Assembly (NCBI GenBank): GCA_964501185.1
Contig: CAZCRT010000007.1
Location: 16,581 to 80,580 of the forward strand
Origin: an uncultured Bacteroidia bacterium
GTDB taxonomy: Bacteria; CAIWAD01; BS150m-G50
Direction: 5' to 3'
DNA length: 64,000 nt
Below the pieces are notes generated by a model that ran no database searches, was not told where the DNA came from, and saw only the letters and a program-made list of their open reading frames with translations. Below, piece by piece: positions 19,723-29,277 of this stretch. The translations under genes and the position numbers were made by a program. Each line of letters starts with the position of its first letter. The first letter of the stretch is position 1.

Positions 19723-21102
19723 CTACTCCTCCCAGTATATCTGGATGTCATCTAAAGCTCCGTAACCGTTTTGCTGAGTATCGTAAGCCCACTCCATATC
19801 CAGAGTAGTATCTCCACTTGGATAGAAATCGGTAGCGAACTCCTGCCACTGATCACCGAGAATGTCATATCCCCAGTTTAACTCATTATCACCGTTGATG
19901 ACAAAACTACCGACGCCGTCATCGCCACCTCTATGGTAGAAGGAGATATGAATAACAGTGTACGGGAAAGGTAGGTCCAATGTCATGGAGAGGGTTTCTG
20001 TTGTATTTGTGGAGGCGTAGTTGCGAATGAACTGACCCTCATCCATAAGCTCATAAACATCCAGATACCAACCCCAGCCGTTGCCCATGGTGAAGTCAGC
20101 GGGTATGGCATCTTCGAAACCGGTTTCCCAGATGTAGTATGAGTTGATATAAGTGGATTCGGAAACGTAATCTGATTCAACGCCATCTCCGTCCACCGCA
20201 GTTATTCTGTAGCTGAAGAAATACCCTGGTGAATGGGAATCACTGTCTATCCAGGTAGAAACATCGGTTGGTACAGTTGCAACTTCTTCAAAATCGTCAT
20301 TGCCCTGACGGCGGTAGATCTGGAAGTAAAGCTCTGAGCTGGAAGCGTCTGTCCAGGACAACTCAATATCGGAAGTGGGAGCAATCTGATCCACCTCCAG
20401 ATTGAAAGGGGCATCGAGGTCATACTCAACAAGTACCGGGGTGAAGTAATAGGTTGCGGTTGTATCGTAATCGCTGTAAGCGAAAATGCGATAGTCATAA
20501 GTTGAACCATTGGACAACCCGGTGTCCAGGTAAGTAGTATCAGTGATTCCAGCCTCAACTACCCCATACTCATCTTCTGGCTCCCAATCCAGTTTACGAC
20601 TGATAGTAAAACTGTGGGCAACCTCTGAGTTGTTACGAAAATAAAGACGCACACTGTTGACAGTTGCCACCTGGATACCCGCACTGGTCGGGGCATCGAA
20701 CAGGGGTGTCTTCACTGTGATTGTATCAGTCAGGTTGCGTCCGTCAATAAGTGTGGCGCTGATGCGATAGAAATACTCCGTATCAGGCGCGAGATTGTCA
20801 TCTGTGTAGCTGGTAGTAGACCTGTTAGTGAAATCCGCCAGCTGGTTGTTATCACGAAAAATCCGATAGTAAAGAAATTCGTCATCGTTGTTTTGCGACC
20901 ATTCGAGTGTAATCACTTCCGGGCGCACTGAACCGTTAAGATATCCCACACCGAATCCATCAGCATCACGGATCAGCTCATGTGAGAAGGTGGGATTTGA
21001 TGAGGGGACGTTTAGTACAGTATCGTTGATCCCCAGAGGACCGGGTGTATCGCACGATATCAAGACTAAAGTCAATAGACTCCAGATTACAAATCGTCGC
21101 AT
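19723..21102 (-). CDS. Fibronectin type III-repeat lipoprotein
   Basis: Lipobox VLIS-C after the start at 21102. FN3 patterns such as LEWS..YYRIFR..YTD..L.P..EYFYRI and LSWTD..FQIYRR..WID..FSYRITA. Confidence 0.75.
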   Translation of the reverse strand: MRRFVIWSLLTLVLISCDTPGPLGINDTVLNVPSSNPTFSHELIRDADGFGVGYLNGSVRPEVITLEWSQNNDDEFLYYRIFRDNNQLADFTNRSTTSYTDDNLAPDTEYFYRISATLIDGRNLTDTITVKTPLFDAPTSAGIQVATVNSVRLYFRNNSEVAHSFTISRKLDWEPEDEYGVVEAGITDTTYLDTGLSNGSTYDYRIFAYSDYDTTATYYFTPVLVEYDLDAPFNLEVDQIAPTSDIELSWTDASSSELYFQIYRRQGNDDFEEVATVPTDVSTWIDSDSHSPGYFFSYRITAVDGDGVESDYVSESTYINSYYIWETGFEDAIPADFTMGNGWGWYLDVYELMDEGQFIRNYASTNTTETLSMTLDLPFPYTVIHISFYHRGGDDGVGSFVINGDNELNWGYDILGDQWQEFATDFYPSGDTTLDMEWAYDTQQNGYGALDDIQIYWEE

Positions 21103-21362
21103 CTTCGTTTCCTTCCTGTTAAACACACGGAACACACTATTCAAAAATTCTATGAACACATTAACAAAGTCTCTACATAAACATATTCTCAATCTATTGC
21201 CTTCAAAGACAATTCACAATCTGTAACCTGCACCCCTTACCCTTTCATTCCAGCAGATAGATCAACATCTTATAGCAAAGTGCAAACCACATCTTTCAAA
21301 CCGGTACCTCCTGATTGAGTCTGGAATTTTCCAGATCAGAATTGCCGGATAAGCGAGGTCCT

Positions 21363-23975
21363 ATGAAAACCGTAACACTGTTTATCTCCTGCTTCCTGCT
21401 TACCTCACTGGCAGCAGCAGAGACAATTTATGAGATCCAGTACACAACCAGTCCCGGTGGTGAGGGAACTTACCCCTCACCGATGGAAGGGGAACTGGTT
21501 ACCGTCAGCGGTATTGTCACTGCCAATCACTATTTCAGCAGTGGCTATTTCATTGAAGACCCGGCCGGAGGCCCCTGGAACGGGATACTTATCTGGGATG
21601 AAACCTATGGTATGCCACAAATTGGCGAGGAACTGGAGATCACCGGTACTGTAATGGAATACAGCGGCCTGACCGAAATCAACAATGTCCAGTCTCGCAG
21701 TCAGCTCAGTCCTTCTGAACCGCTGCCACCGGCTGCTCTCGCGGAAAGCGGTGAATTGCAGCAGGAGGCCTTCGAAGGCTGCTGGGCCGTTCTTCAGAAT
21801 GTAACCGTCGCCAGCCCCCCCGATGGTGATGGCCAGTGGCTGGTTGACGATGGCTCAGGTGATTGCCTGGTGGAGGACAACCTTTTCAATCCTGCTGATA
21901 ACGGTATTATTATTGAAGCCGGTATGCAGTATCTGCAACTGTCCGGTATCCTTATCTGGCGCTGGGGTGAATTCAGCCTCAACCCCCGCTCGGCCGCAGA
22001 TCTGGTCGGAGGCCTGGATCAGACCTCTGTTACCGCAGAGAACACGGTTATTCCGCTGGATCAAACCGGTGAAGCAGCAATCACTGTTTCTACATTGCTG
22101 CCTGAATGGGAAGTGGACCACTACCAGTTTAATCTGACATGGGAGCCTACCATAGCCATTTTTGTCGACTGGCAGATCGCCGGGACTCTGTCACAGAATG
22201 GTACAGTGACGGTTATCGAAAATGGCAACACGCTGGATATCTCATTTGACAGCGCTACTCCTCTGGAAGGCACAGGCACTCTATTGGAACTGAGTTTCAC
22301 CGGTGATGATACTGGTACTTCGCCACTGGCACTTTCCAACTTCCTGCTGGGTGATACACAGCTTGCCAATCTGAATGACGGGGAGCTGGAGGTGATAAGC
22401 GGGGTCATTCCCACAGGTGATACCCTGACCGTGATACAACGGCCACTCCTGACAATTCCGGCCCTGGTCTGCCCGGGTGATACCCTGGAAATTCTCTGCG
22501 ACGCTGATCCATCTACCAGCGGCTGGGTTGTCAACCTGCTGCATCCCGGTGTCACTGTTCCGCTTCCACTGTTCAGCAGTGAGTATGACGCTGACCTGAC
22601 CTGGTGGCGTTTGCAGGCAGTTATTCCGGAAATGCCATTCTTTGAACAGTTTGATCTGCAGGTAAGCGCCGATGCTCTCCTCCCGGATATCAGTCGCCGG
22701 GCGGTAAAAGTGTCAGCCGCTGTTCCGGATCAATTCTACTTCGCCCATGTCACCGATACCCATCTCCCCACTCATCTGTACTGGGATCAACCGGGTGCTG
22801 ACAGCGATTCTTCTGAAATGCGGGACCTGCGAGCGGTGCTGGAGGATCTGGCTATCATCAATCCGGCTTTTATCCTGCTTACAGGTGATCTGATCAACGA
22901 AGGTGAGCTGGAGGATTTTCTCTTCAGACGTTACTACACCCGTGCTAAAGGAATCCTGGGTGAGTCGCAGGTGCCGATTTACCTGGGCGCCGGTAATCAT
23001 GACATCGGTGGGTGGCTGGAAACACCGGAACCGGACGGCACAGCCCGTCGTGACTGGTGGCGTTTCTTCGGCTGGCCGATCTGCTATGATCCATCGGCAG
23101 GTTATCCCTATTTCACCCAGAACTACAGCTTCGATTTCGGACCATTGCATGTGGCAATGATGGAGGGATATGATAATTACGACTCCTGGCGTTATGAGAT
23201 CTATGGCAGCACCAGCTTCACCTCCGGTCAACTGGACTGGCTGGAAGATGATCTGGTTGACACCACCCAACCTTTGCAGGTAATAGCGTATCATTACGAT
23301 TTTGCCAATCAGATCAATCTCAACTCTCTCGGTGTCGACATGGCACTCTGGGGGCATATACACAGCAATAACGGTTCCATTTACCAGCATCCCTATGACC
23401 TGGCGACTGACAATACATGCGATGGGGCACGGTCGTTCAGGCTGATTCGGGTAGATGGAGAAGAGCTGCAACCGCTGTCGACTCTGAGTTCCGGTGGTTC
23501 CGGCCAGAACCTGCAGGTTTCCTGGCTTCCTGCTAACGATGGTACGGCTGATACGGTTTCTGCCACCGTCAACAATCAGTTCAATGTAGATTTTCCGGAG
23601 GGATTGCTGCGTTTCTACCTGTCCCCGGCTGTCGGCAGTTGCGAAGTGAGTGGTGGAACGCTGTTGCAGATGATCCGGCTGCCTGACGCTGTGGAGTGCC
23701 AGGTTTCAGTTCCGCTGGCAGGTTCCTCCACCACAGAGGTGACAGTGATGGGTATGCCGATCGGGCCGCTGAATCTGACTCTGCAGATATTCCAGGAGCT
23801 GTTAACTCTGAACTGGGATCCGATGCCGGGTGCCCTGAACTACAGAGTCTACATGTCGGATAATCCCTTTGGCCCATTCCAGGATGTTTCGGCTGAGGGT
23901 GAGTTCAATGGGGCCAGCTGGGTGACTCCGCTTTCACCTGAACAGGGGTTCTACCGGGTTACAGGTGTGTATTAA
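21363..23975 (+). CDS. Secreted calcineurin-like metallophosphoesterase with N-terminal OB-fold and cohesin-like domains
   Basis: Signal peptide, OB-type VTVSGIVTA..YFIED..GPWNGI, metallophos motifs DTH, TGDLIN, GNHD and GHIH, and a small C-terminal beta domain. Confidence 0.75.
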   Translation: MKTVTLFISCFLLTSLAAAETIYEIQYTTSPGGEGTYPSPMEGELVTVSGIVTANHYFSSGYFIEDPAGGPWNGILIWDETYGMPQIGEELEITGTVMEYSGLTEINNVQSRSQLSPSEPLPPAALAESGELQQEAFEGCWAVLQNVTVASPPDGDGQWLVDDGSGDCLVEDNLFNPADNGIIIEAGMQYLQLSGILIWRWGEFSLNPRSAADLVGGLDQTSVTAENTVIPLDQTGEAAITVSTLLPEWEVDHYQFNLTWEPTIAIFVDWQIAGTLSQNGTVTVIENGNTLDISFDSATPLEGTGTLLELSFTGDDTGTSPLALSNFLLGDTQLANLNDGELEVISGVIPTGDTLTVIQRPLLTIPALVCPGDTLEILCDADPSTSGWVVNLLHPGVTVPLPLFSSEYDADLTWWRLQAVIPEMPFFEQFDLQVSADALLPDISRRAVKVSAAVPDQFYFAHVTDTHLPTHLYWDQPGADSDSSEMRDLRAVLEDLAIINPAFILLTGDLINEGELEDFLFRRYYTRAKGILGESQVPIYLGAGNHDIGGWLETPEPDGTARRDWWRFFGWPICYDPSAGYPYFTQNYSFDFGPLHVAMMEGYDNYDSWRYEIYGSTSFTSGQLDWLEDDLVDTTQPLQVIAYHYDFANQINLNSLGVDMALWGHIHSNNGSIYQHPYDLATDNTCDGARSFRLIRVDGEELQPLSTLSSGGSGQNLQVSWLPANDGTADTVSATVNNQFNVDFPEGLLRFYLSPAVGSCEVSGGTLLQMIRLPDAVECQVSVPLAGSSTTEVTVMGMPIGPLNLTLQIFQELLTLNWDPMPGALNYRVYMSDNPFGPFQDVSAEGEFNGASWVTPLSPEQGFYRVTGVY

Positions 23976-23978
23976 AAC

Positions 23979-24161
23979 AAGACTCACACAGAGACACGGA
24001 GAAGAATAATACGAAGCCACAGAGAAGAAACAATTATAGTTAAAAGAAAAACAACAGGGGAAAAATTCTACCAGATTTTAATTACCCCACAATCAACCAT
24101 AGATTTTTGTTTTCTTTATTTTCTCTGTGTCTCCGTTCCTCAGTGCCTCCGTGTGAGTCTT
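23979..24161. repeat. Inverted-repeat (REP/MITE-like) element between convergent genes
   Basis: AAGACTCACAC (23979-23989) and GTGTGAGTCTT (24151-24161). Arms continue as CACAC(A/G)GAG(A/G)CAC(G/T)GAG around an AT-rich core. Confidence 0.7.
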
Positions 24162-24167
24162 TGTTTT

Positions 24168-25304
24168 TTAAATCCAGCCCAGGCTGAGCTGCACTACATG
24201 TGAATAATCCTCACCCAGGCCAGGTTTGCGGCCGGTTTCCATACCATAGAGTGCGTAATCAAGGCTGATCACCTTGAACCGCAGACCAAAACCGACAGTT
24301 GGATATCCCTGGTTGATACCACCACGCAACTGCAGCAACGGCAGGCTTATTTCAGTACCGAAGTGCATCCGGCTGAAAAGGTTGGTACCGTTCAGATTCA
24401 AAATATCATTCCAGCCGGCCATCCAGGTTACCCGGTCCATCATCGGAGTAATGTATTTTTCCGGCAGAACCCTGTCCAGGGTACCGGAAACACCGGCCGA
24501 TAACTGCGGGTTGTAGCTCCTGCCATCAAAACTGGCAAACAGATCGCTGATCGAAGCACCACCCTGTATACCTGAAGGCAGTTCCCGGGTATACCCTACA
24601 GTAGTGCTTAAACCGGATGCCATGGTTGAATCACCCATCGCACCCCAGAATTTTTCCTGTGCAGCCGCGTTATCGTTCAGGTCACCGGCGCTGAACCGGG
24701 TAGGCATCATAGTTTTACCCCAGAGTGGTGTCATGCTGATACCGATAGTTTCGATATCTCTGAAGCGCATGCTGTAGCTGAATGTCAATCCGACCAGAAT
24801 ATTGCCCTTGAGGCCAACTGCGGGTGTATAGATCCCCCGGTCCAGCTTGACACCGAGGCCACTCTGTCCCTGCAGCAACAAACCGAAACCACCCAGGTAG
24901 AAACCACAAGCAACATCGTTGTTGATATCGACATACTGGTCGTCAAACGGTTCCATGTCATTGTAAAAAGCCTGCTGGTCTTCCGGGGATAAAGTTTCTA
25001 CATCGGCAAAGCGTTCCGTGTTGTCCTGGATGAACTTGAAGGTCTTCAGGGTTCTGGTATTGATACGAAACTGGTAAGCGGGGATATAAATTCGCAAACC
25101 GGAACCGGCCGATAGTGCCGGGTTAGTCCACCCCATGCTCAGTGAGGGTTGCACCAGCAGATCAGCGTTACCGAGTGCCATACTGCGCGCGTCGTGAAAA
25201 AACGGAAGTGATTCACCGGCAGCAGCATTCTGCGGCAGACAGGCAACTGTCAGTAACATCCCGATAATCAGGCTTCTGGTAAACTTCATATATTCTAGCT
25301 TCAT
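24168..25304 (-). CDS. Outer-membrane beta-barrel of the FadL/PorV/TraF_2-like group
   Basis: RBS GAGGA before the start at 25304, signal peptide, DARSMALGNA and NPA motifs, and end LRGGINQGYPTVGFG...LDYA...QLSLGW. Confidence 0.65.
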   Translation of the reverse strand: MKLEYMKFTRSLIIGMLLTVACLPQNAAAGESLPFFHDARSMALGNADLLVQPSLSMGWTNPALSAGSGLRIYIPAYQFRINTRTLKTFKFIQDNTERFADVETLSPEDQQAFYNDMEPFDDQYVDINNDVACGFYLGGFGLLLQGQSGLGVKLDRGIYTPAVGLKGNILVGLTFSYSMRFRDIETIGISMTPLWGKTMMPTRFSAGDLNDNAAAQEKFWGAMGDSTMASGLSTTVGYTRELPSGIQGGASISDLFASFDGRSYNPQLSAGVSGTLDRVLPEKYITPMMDRVTWMAGWNDILNLNGTNLFSRMHFGTEISLPLLQLRGGINQGYPTVGFGLRFKVISLDYALYGMETGRKPGLGEDYSHVVQLSLGWI

Positions 25305-25365
25305 GTTGATTCCTCTTTTGGTGGTGATCAAGTAACCTGTCAGAACAGATATTGAAATCCTCGCT

Positions 25366-26238
25366 CTAGAAATGAGTATCTTCGTCAGTGAAACCGTCAC
25401 CGTCGTCGTCAATACCGTCCATTGCCTCTTCGTCAATTTCACCATCACCATCGTTATCAATACCATCATTGACCATGTACATTTCGAGCATTTGCTCAAT
25501 ATCGAGAGCCAGCGAATCCAGTTGCTCGGTATTATAAGGGCTCTCTTCACCGAACAGATCGGGGAATAACAGCAACGGAATCAGAACCAGATCAATTCCG
25601 TTCTCCAGCAGGGTGTTGATCACATCTGCCCGGGCCTGATCATCAAGCTCGCCCAGTGAGTTCCAGAATTCGAGCAGGTTTTCCAGATTGAGTCCGTTTT
25701 CATCGAAGAGAAAATTCAGGTTGAAGTCGTTCTCGTCGATAAAACCATCCCCGTTTGTATCCCGCAGGTTGAGAATACTCTCTATCAGAACCGCCACAGT
25801 GTAATCGTACTGAATGTCGCTGAATACTATCGGGCCATGTGTCTGCTCCAACCTGATCGGCTCCAGATCCTGATGGATTGCAACATTAGCCCTGAACAGC
25901 TGATTGGCATCACCCATCTCCCAGTCGAAGAAGGGGAGACCGACTCTGTTTGTATCCGACATTTCCGTCACCACGTTGATAACATTGAATCCACAGACCA
26001 GTAGTGATGTCTTTGCGTGCAGGAAACGTGCCTCTGAATTGAAGTTGTCCTCCTGCATGGCGTCTGCGAAATCAGCCAGTGCCCCTTCGTAATCACCCTC
26101 GGTGATCTTGATACGGCCGCTGCTGATATAGTCATCTGCAGAGGTAGGAGATGCGGTGAACTGGAAGACATTGCATCCGGAAAGCAAATAGGTTAGAAGG
26201 AGCAGGAAAAGAATTAATGTTATCGGATTTCGTCTCAT
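25366..26238 (-). CDS. Lipoprotein with a TPR-like region and C-terminal acidic metal-binding repeats
   Basis: Lipobox LLSG-C, a TPR-like helix pair, and DGIDNDGDGEIDE / DGIDDDGDGFTDE repeats. Confidence 0.7.
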   Translation of the reverse strand: MRRNPITLILFLLLLTYLLSGCNVFQFTASPTSADDYISSGRIKITEGDYEGALADFADAMQEDNFNSEARFLHAKTSLLVCGFNVINVVTEMSDTNRVGLPFFDWEMGDANQLFRANVAIHQDLEPIRLEQTHGPIVFSDIQYDYTVAVLIESILNLRDTNGDGFIDENDFNLNFLFDENGLNLENLLEFWNSLGELDDQARADVINTLLENGIDLVLIPLLLFPDLFGEESPYNTEQLDSLALDIEQMLEMYMVNDGIDNDGDGEIDEEAMDGIDDDGDGFTDEDTHF

Positions 26239-26358
26239 GGCGTACCTCAGGATTTATTAGATCGTTACGGAATGTTCTTCAATGGAGTGCAGTCGAACCT
26301 CAAGTTGTTAGATGGCTTCTCATATCTTATCATAATATGTAACATGATCCTTAACTGG

Positions 26359-26376
26359 TTGTGATTATAATCACAA
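26359..26376. promoter_or_regulatory. Perfect 18-bp palindrome TTGTGATTATAATCACAA (Rex/CRP-type site)
   Basis: Fits TTGTGA-N6-TCACAA. Lies about 120 bp upstream of the minus-strand lipoprotein-barrel pair. Confidence 0.6.
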
Positions 26377-26409
26377 TTTTCAATCAAGATAAGAACTTTT
26401 CTACGTAAA

Positions 26410-27231
26410 TCAAAACCTCCATTCACCCTGAAAAGCAGCTTCAATTTTGCCCCTGAAAGAGATCTGCTGATAGTCATCTGAAAAGTTCACTGTCAGATCA
26501 CCACCCACCTGCTGCACCAGAACCGGTGAGTCGAGCAAACCACGCTGATGCAACAGAATAACAGCTGCAGTGCCACCGGTACCACATGACAGCGTCTCTG
26601 CGTCAACACCCTTTTCCCAGGTGCGTGTTTGTAAAGTCTGCCGGTCGATCAGTTGCGCGAAATTGACATTGGTACCACTGCTGCCGAACAGCTCATGCCT
26701 GCTGATCCAGGCGCCCATCGGGTTAATATCGAGGTTGTCGAGGTCAGTTGAGATTGCCACATAATGAGGAACACCGGTATTGATAAATCCCAGATGAACG
26801 AGAGGAGACAGGCGCCGGCGAAAATTCTCCGCCCCGGCGAAATCCTCCTCTTTCTCCAGTATCTGTCGCGGTGGTTGCAGCTGCAGTTCAATACCATCGT
26901 CATGAAAATATACCTGGTGCAGACCATCCCCCGCTTCAAAAAGAGATGTTTTACCGGCCAGACCCAGCTGCTCCGCATACAGTGCCATGGCCCGGCTGCC
27001 GTTACCACACATCGGTGCCTCACTGCCGTCCGGGTTGAAAATCCGCATTCGCCAGGCAGCCTGTTCCGATTTGCACAGCAGGAGCAGGCCGTCAGCTCCA
27101 ACACCCCGGCGCCGGTCACACAACCGCTGGATCTGCTCTACACTGAGATGCGATAGACTATCATCCCTGTTGTCGAAGGCTATGAAGTCGTTACCGAGCG
27201 CGTTAATCTTCTGGAACGGTGTGGTGGTCAT
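26410..27231 (-). CDS. dapF: Diaminopimelate epimerase
   Basis: GNDF, GVGADG, NPDGSEAPMCGNG, NTGVPH, GTNVNF, WEKGVDAETLSCGTG. Confidence 0.96.
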   Translation of the reverse strand: MTTTPFQKINALGNDFIAFDNRDDSLSHLSVEQIQRLCDRRRGVGADGLLLLCKSEQAAWRMRIFNPDGSEAPMCGNGSRAMALYAEQLGLAGKTSLFEAGDGLHQVYFHDDGIELQLQPPRQILEKEEDFAGAENFRRRLSPLVHLGFINTGVPHYVAISTDLDNLDINPMGAWISRHELFGSSGTNVNFAQLIDRQTLQTRTWEKGVDAETLSCGTGGTAAVILLHQRGLLDSPVLVQQVGGDLTVNFSDDYQQISFRGKIEAAFQGEWRF

Positions 27232-27254
27232 GAGGTCGTTTCTTTCTCATTGGA

Positions 27255-28589
27255 TTAAGGCAGCATGGACAGGAATTCTCTGAGTTGCGGGTGCCAGAGC
27301 CAGATATCACCTGCGCCCAGGGTGATGATGGTATCACCGGGTCTGAACTGTTTCCGCAGATGGGGCAGGGGGTCAGTGCCATATTCAACTCTGTCATACC
27401 CGAGCTGACGCATTTTACCGGCGATAAGTTCCGCATTGATTCCCGGAAGGGGCGCTTCGCGCGCCGGGAATACAGGCAGGATGTATGCAGAAGCAGCCGC
27501 GGTCAAAGATCTGGCAAACTGTTCGGCAAAATCGCGTGTTCTGGTAAAAGTATGCGACTGGAACAGTACATGCGTTCTGGCTGGCAAGGTCTCCAGAACA
27601 GCGCTGATTTCTACCGGGTGATGGGCATAGTCATCCAGCAATATCCCCTTTTCGGTCTGCAGCACCGTCTCCATCCTGCGTGCCACACCGCTGAAACCTG
27701 CCAGCGCTTCCTCAATAGCTGCAGTGTCAAAACCCAGTTCCCGTAACAAAGCCAGTACCAGTAAAGCGTTGAGCGCCTGATGGCGGCCGGTTAAAGGGAG
27801 ATTGAAGCTACGCTGCTGCTCTCCCAGCCGATAATGTACCTGTTGCCCCTGTAGCAGTGGTTCAACCGATAACAGCTCCAACTCACCGGCAGGGCCGATT
27901 TGCCTGGCCCGGCTTCCGGAAGCTGCCGTCAACCGGTTCAATATATCTTCATCGTGATGAATAACCAGGTCGCTCTGACGGCAGAACTGCTGCAGAGCCT
28001 CTTCCAACGCCGCAGGAGTGGGATAGATATCGGTGTGATCGTGATCGAGTGATGTTATCAGCGCGATGCGTGGATGCAGTTCCAGGAAAGAGCGGTCATA
28101 TTCATCCGCCTCACAGACGCAGAGATCGCTGCTGCCGACCAGCAGGTTTGAATCCACACAACGCATTACACCACCGACAAAAGCGGTGGGTGACTGTTCC
28201 AGCTTGAGCAGTGTTTCCGCCAGCAGTGCCGAGGTGCCGGTTTTACCATGTGTGCCGGCTACCGCCAGTGTCTGCAGGTTGCTGCTGATCTCACCCAGCA
28301 GTTGTGCCCGTTTGCTCATGGGAAGCCCCTGCTTTCTGGCATCCGCAAGCTCCCGGTTACTCTCCGGTACAGCAGCACTGAGGATTACCCGCTCCACACC
28401 ATCAGGCAGTTCCTCAGGATGCGGAATGGTGATAACTGCGCCCAGCTGCCTGAGGGCAGGGAAGCGTTCATCGTCATTGAGGTCGGAACCGGTGACAATT
28501 TCCCCCCGCCTGAGTAGATATTCCGCCAGCGCCGACATACCGATGCCGCCGATACCGATGAAATGCCAGTGGATGGGGTTTTGAGACAC
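27255..28589 (-). CDS. murC: UDP-N-acetylmuramate--L-alanine ligase
   Basis: HFIGIGGIGMS, VTGSD, AVAGTHGKT, EADEYDRSFL, DHDH, DDYAHHP, FQSHTFTRT. Confidence 0.96.
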   Translation of the reverse strand: MSQNPIHWHFIGIGGIGMSALAEYLLRRGEIVTGSDLNDDERFPALRQLGAVITIPHPEELPDGVERVILSAAVPESNRELADARKQGLPMSKRAQLLGEISSNLQTLAVAGTHGKTGTSALLAETLLKLEQSPTAFVGGVMRCVDSNLLVGSSDLCVCEADEYDRSFLELHPRIALITSLDHDHTDIYPTPAALEEALQQFCRQSDLVIHHDEDILNRLTAASGSRARQIGPAGELELLSVEPLLQGQQVHYRLGEQQRSFNLPLTGRHQALNALLVLALLRELGFDTAAIEEALAGFSGVARRMETVLQTEKGILLDDYAHHPVEISAVLETLPARTHVLFQSHTFTRTRDFAEQFARSLTAAASAYILPVFPAREAPLPGINAELIAGKMRQLGYDRVEYGTDPLPHLRKQFRPGDTIITLGAGDIWLWHPQLREFLSMLP

Positions 28590-28722
28590 TCAACTACTCC
28601 AGTATACTACTGATTGCCTGATGGTTGTTAATATAGTGGTCAAGTAGAGATATCCAACTGTAGTCGCTATTGGTGTATCATAAGGTGTTGCCTTTTGAGA
28701 TACACTGACCTATACTGAACAC

Positions 28723-29277
28723 ATGGATTCAGAAAAATTAGTAGAAGTGAACATCGTTGAAGTTTCAATCGACAAAACCAACCAGTCCAGCATCGTAGTG
28801 TTGCGGGAAAAGGATGGTGACCGCTGGTTTCCAATCCATGTAGGTCCGATCGAAGCCCACACAATCACCTATATTCTCAGCGGCGCAACCTATACCCGGC
28901 CATTGACATTCGACACTATCGTCCACATTCTGGAAGCTCTGGGCGGTGTCGTAGTGCAGATCGTTATAACCGAGATGCGGGACAGCACCTTCTTCTCAAC
29001 TATCGAGCTGATTCGCGAAGATGGCGCCACAGTTCTGGTTGATGCCCGGCCCTCAGACGCAATCCCGCTGGCATTGAAACTGGGGCTCCCCATTCATGTC
29101 ACCCGGAAGGTTATTGATGAAATCGGACGTTCGGGTGAACCGGAAGTAATCGACCGGGATGAGAAGATCAGCGAGCTGAAAGCGCGGCTTAAGGTTGCTG
29201 TTGAAGCGGAACAATACGAGAAGGCTGCCCGTCTTCGAGACCTGATCAGCGAGTTGCAGAATGACCAGAATGACTGA
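28723..29277 (+). CDS. Bifunctional nuclease (DUF151) family protein with C-terminal UVR domain
   Basis: FPIHVGPIEA, RPLTFD, DARPSDAIPLA and AVEAEQYEKAARLRD. Confidence 0.9.
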   Translation: MDSEKLVEVNIVEVSIDKTNQSSIVVLREKDGDRWFPIHVGPIEAHTITYILSGATYTRPLTFDTIVHILEALGGVVVQIVITEMRDSTFFSTIELIREDGATVLVDARPSDAIPLALKLGLPIHVTRKVIDEIGRSGEPEVIDRDEKISELKARLKVAVEAEQYEKAARLRDLISELQNDQND

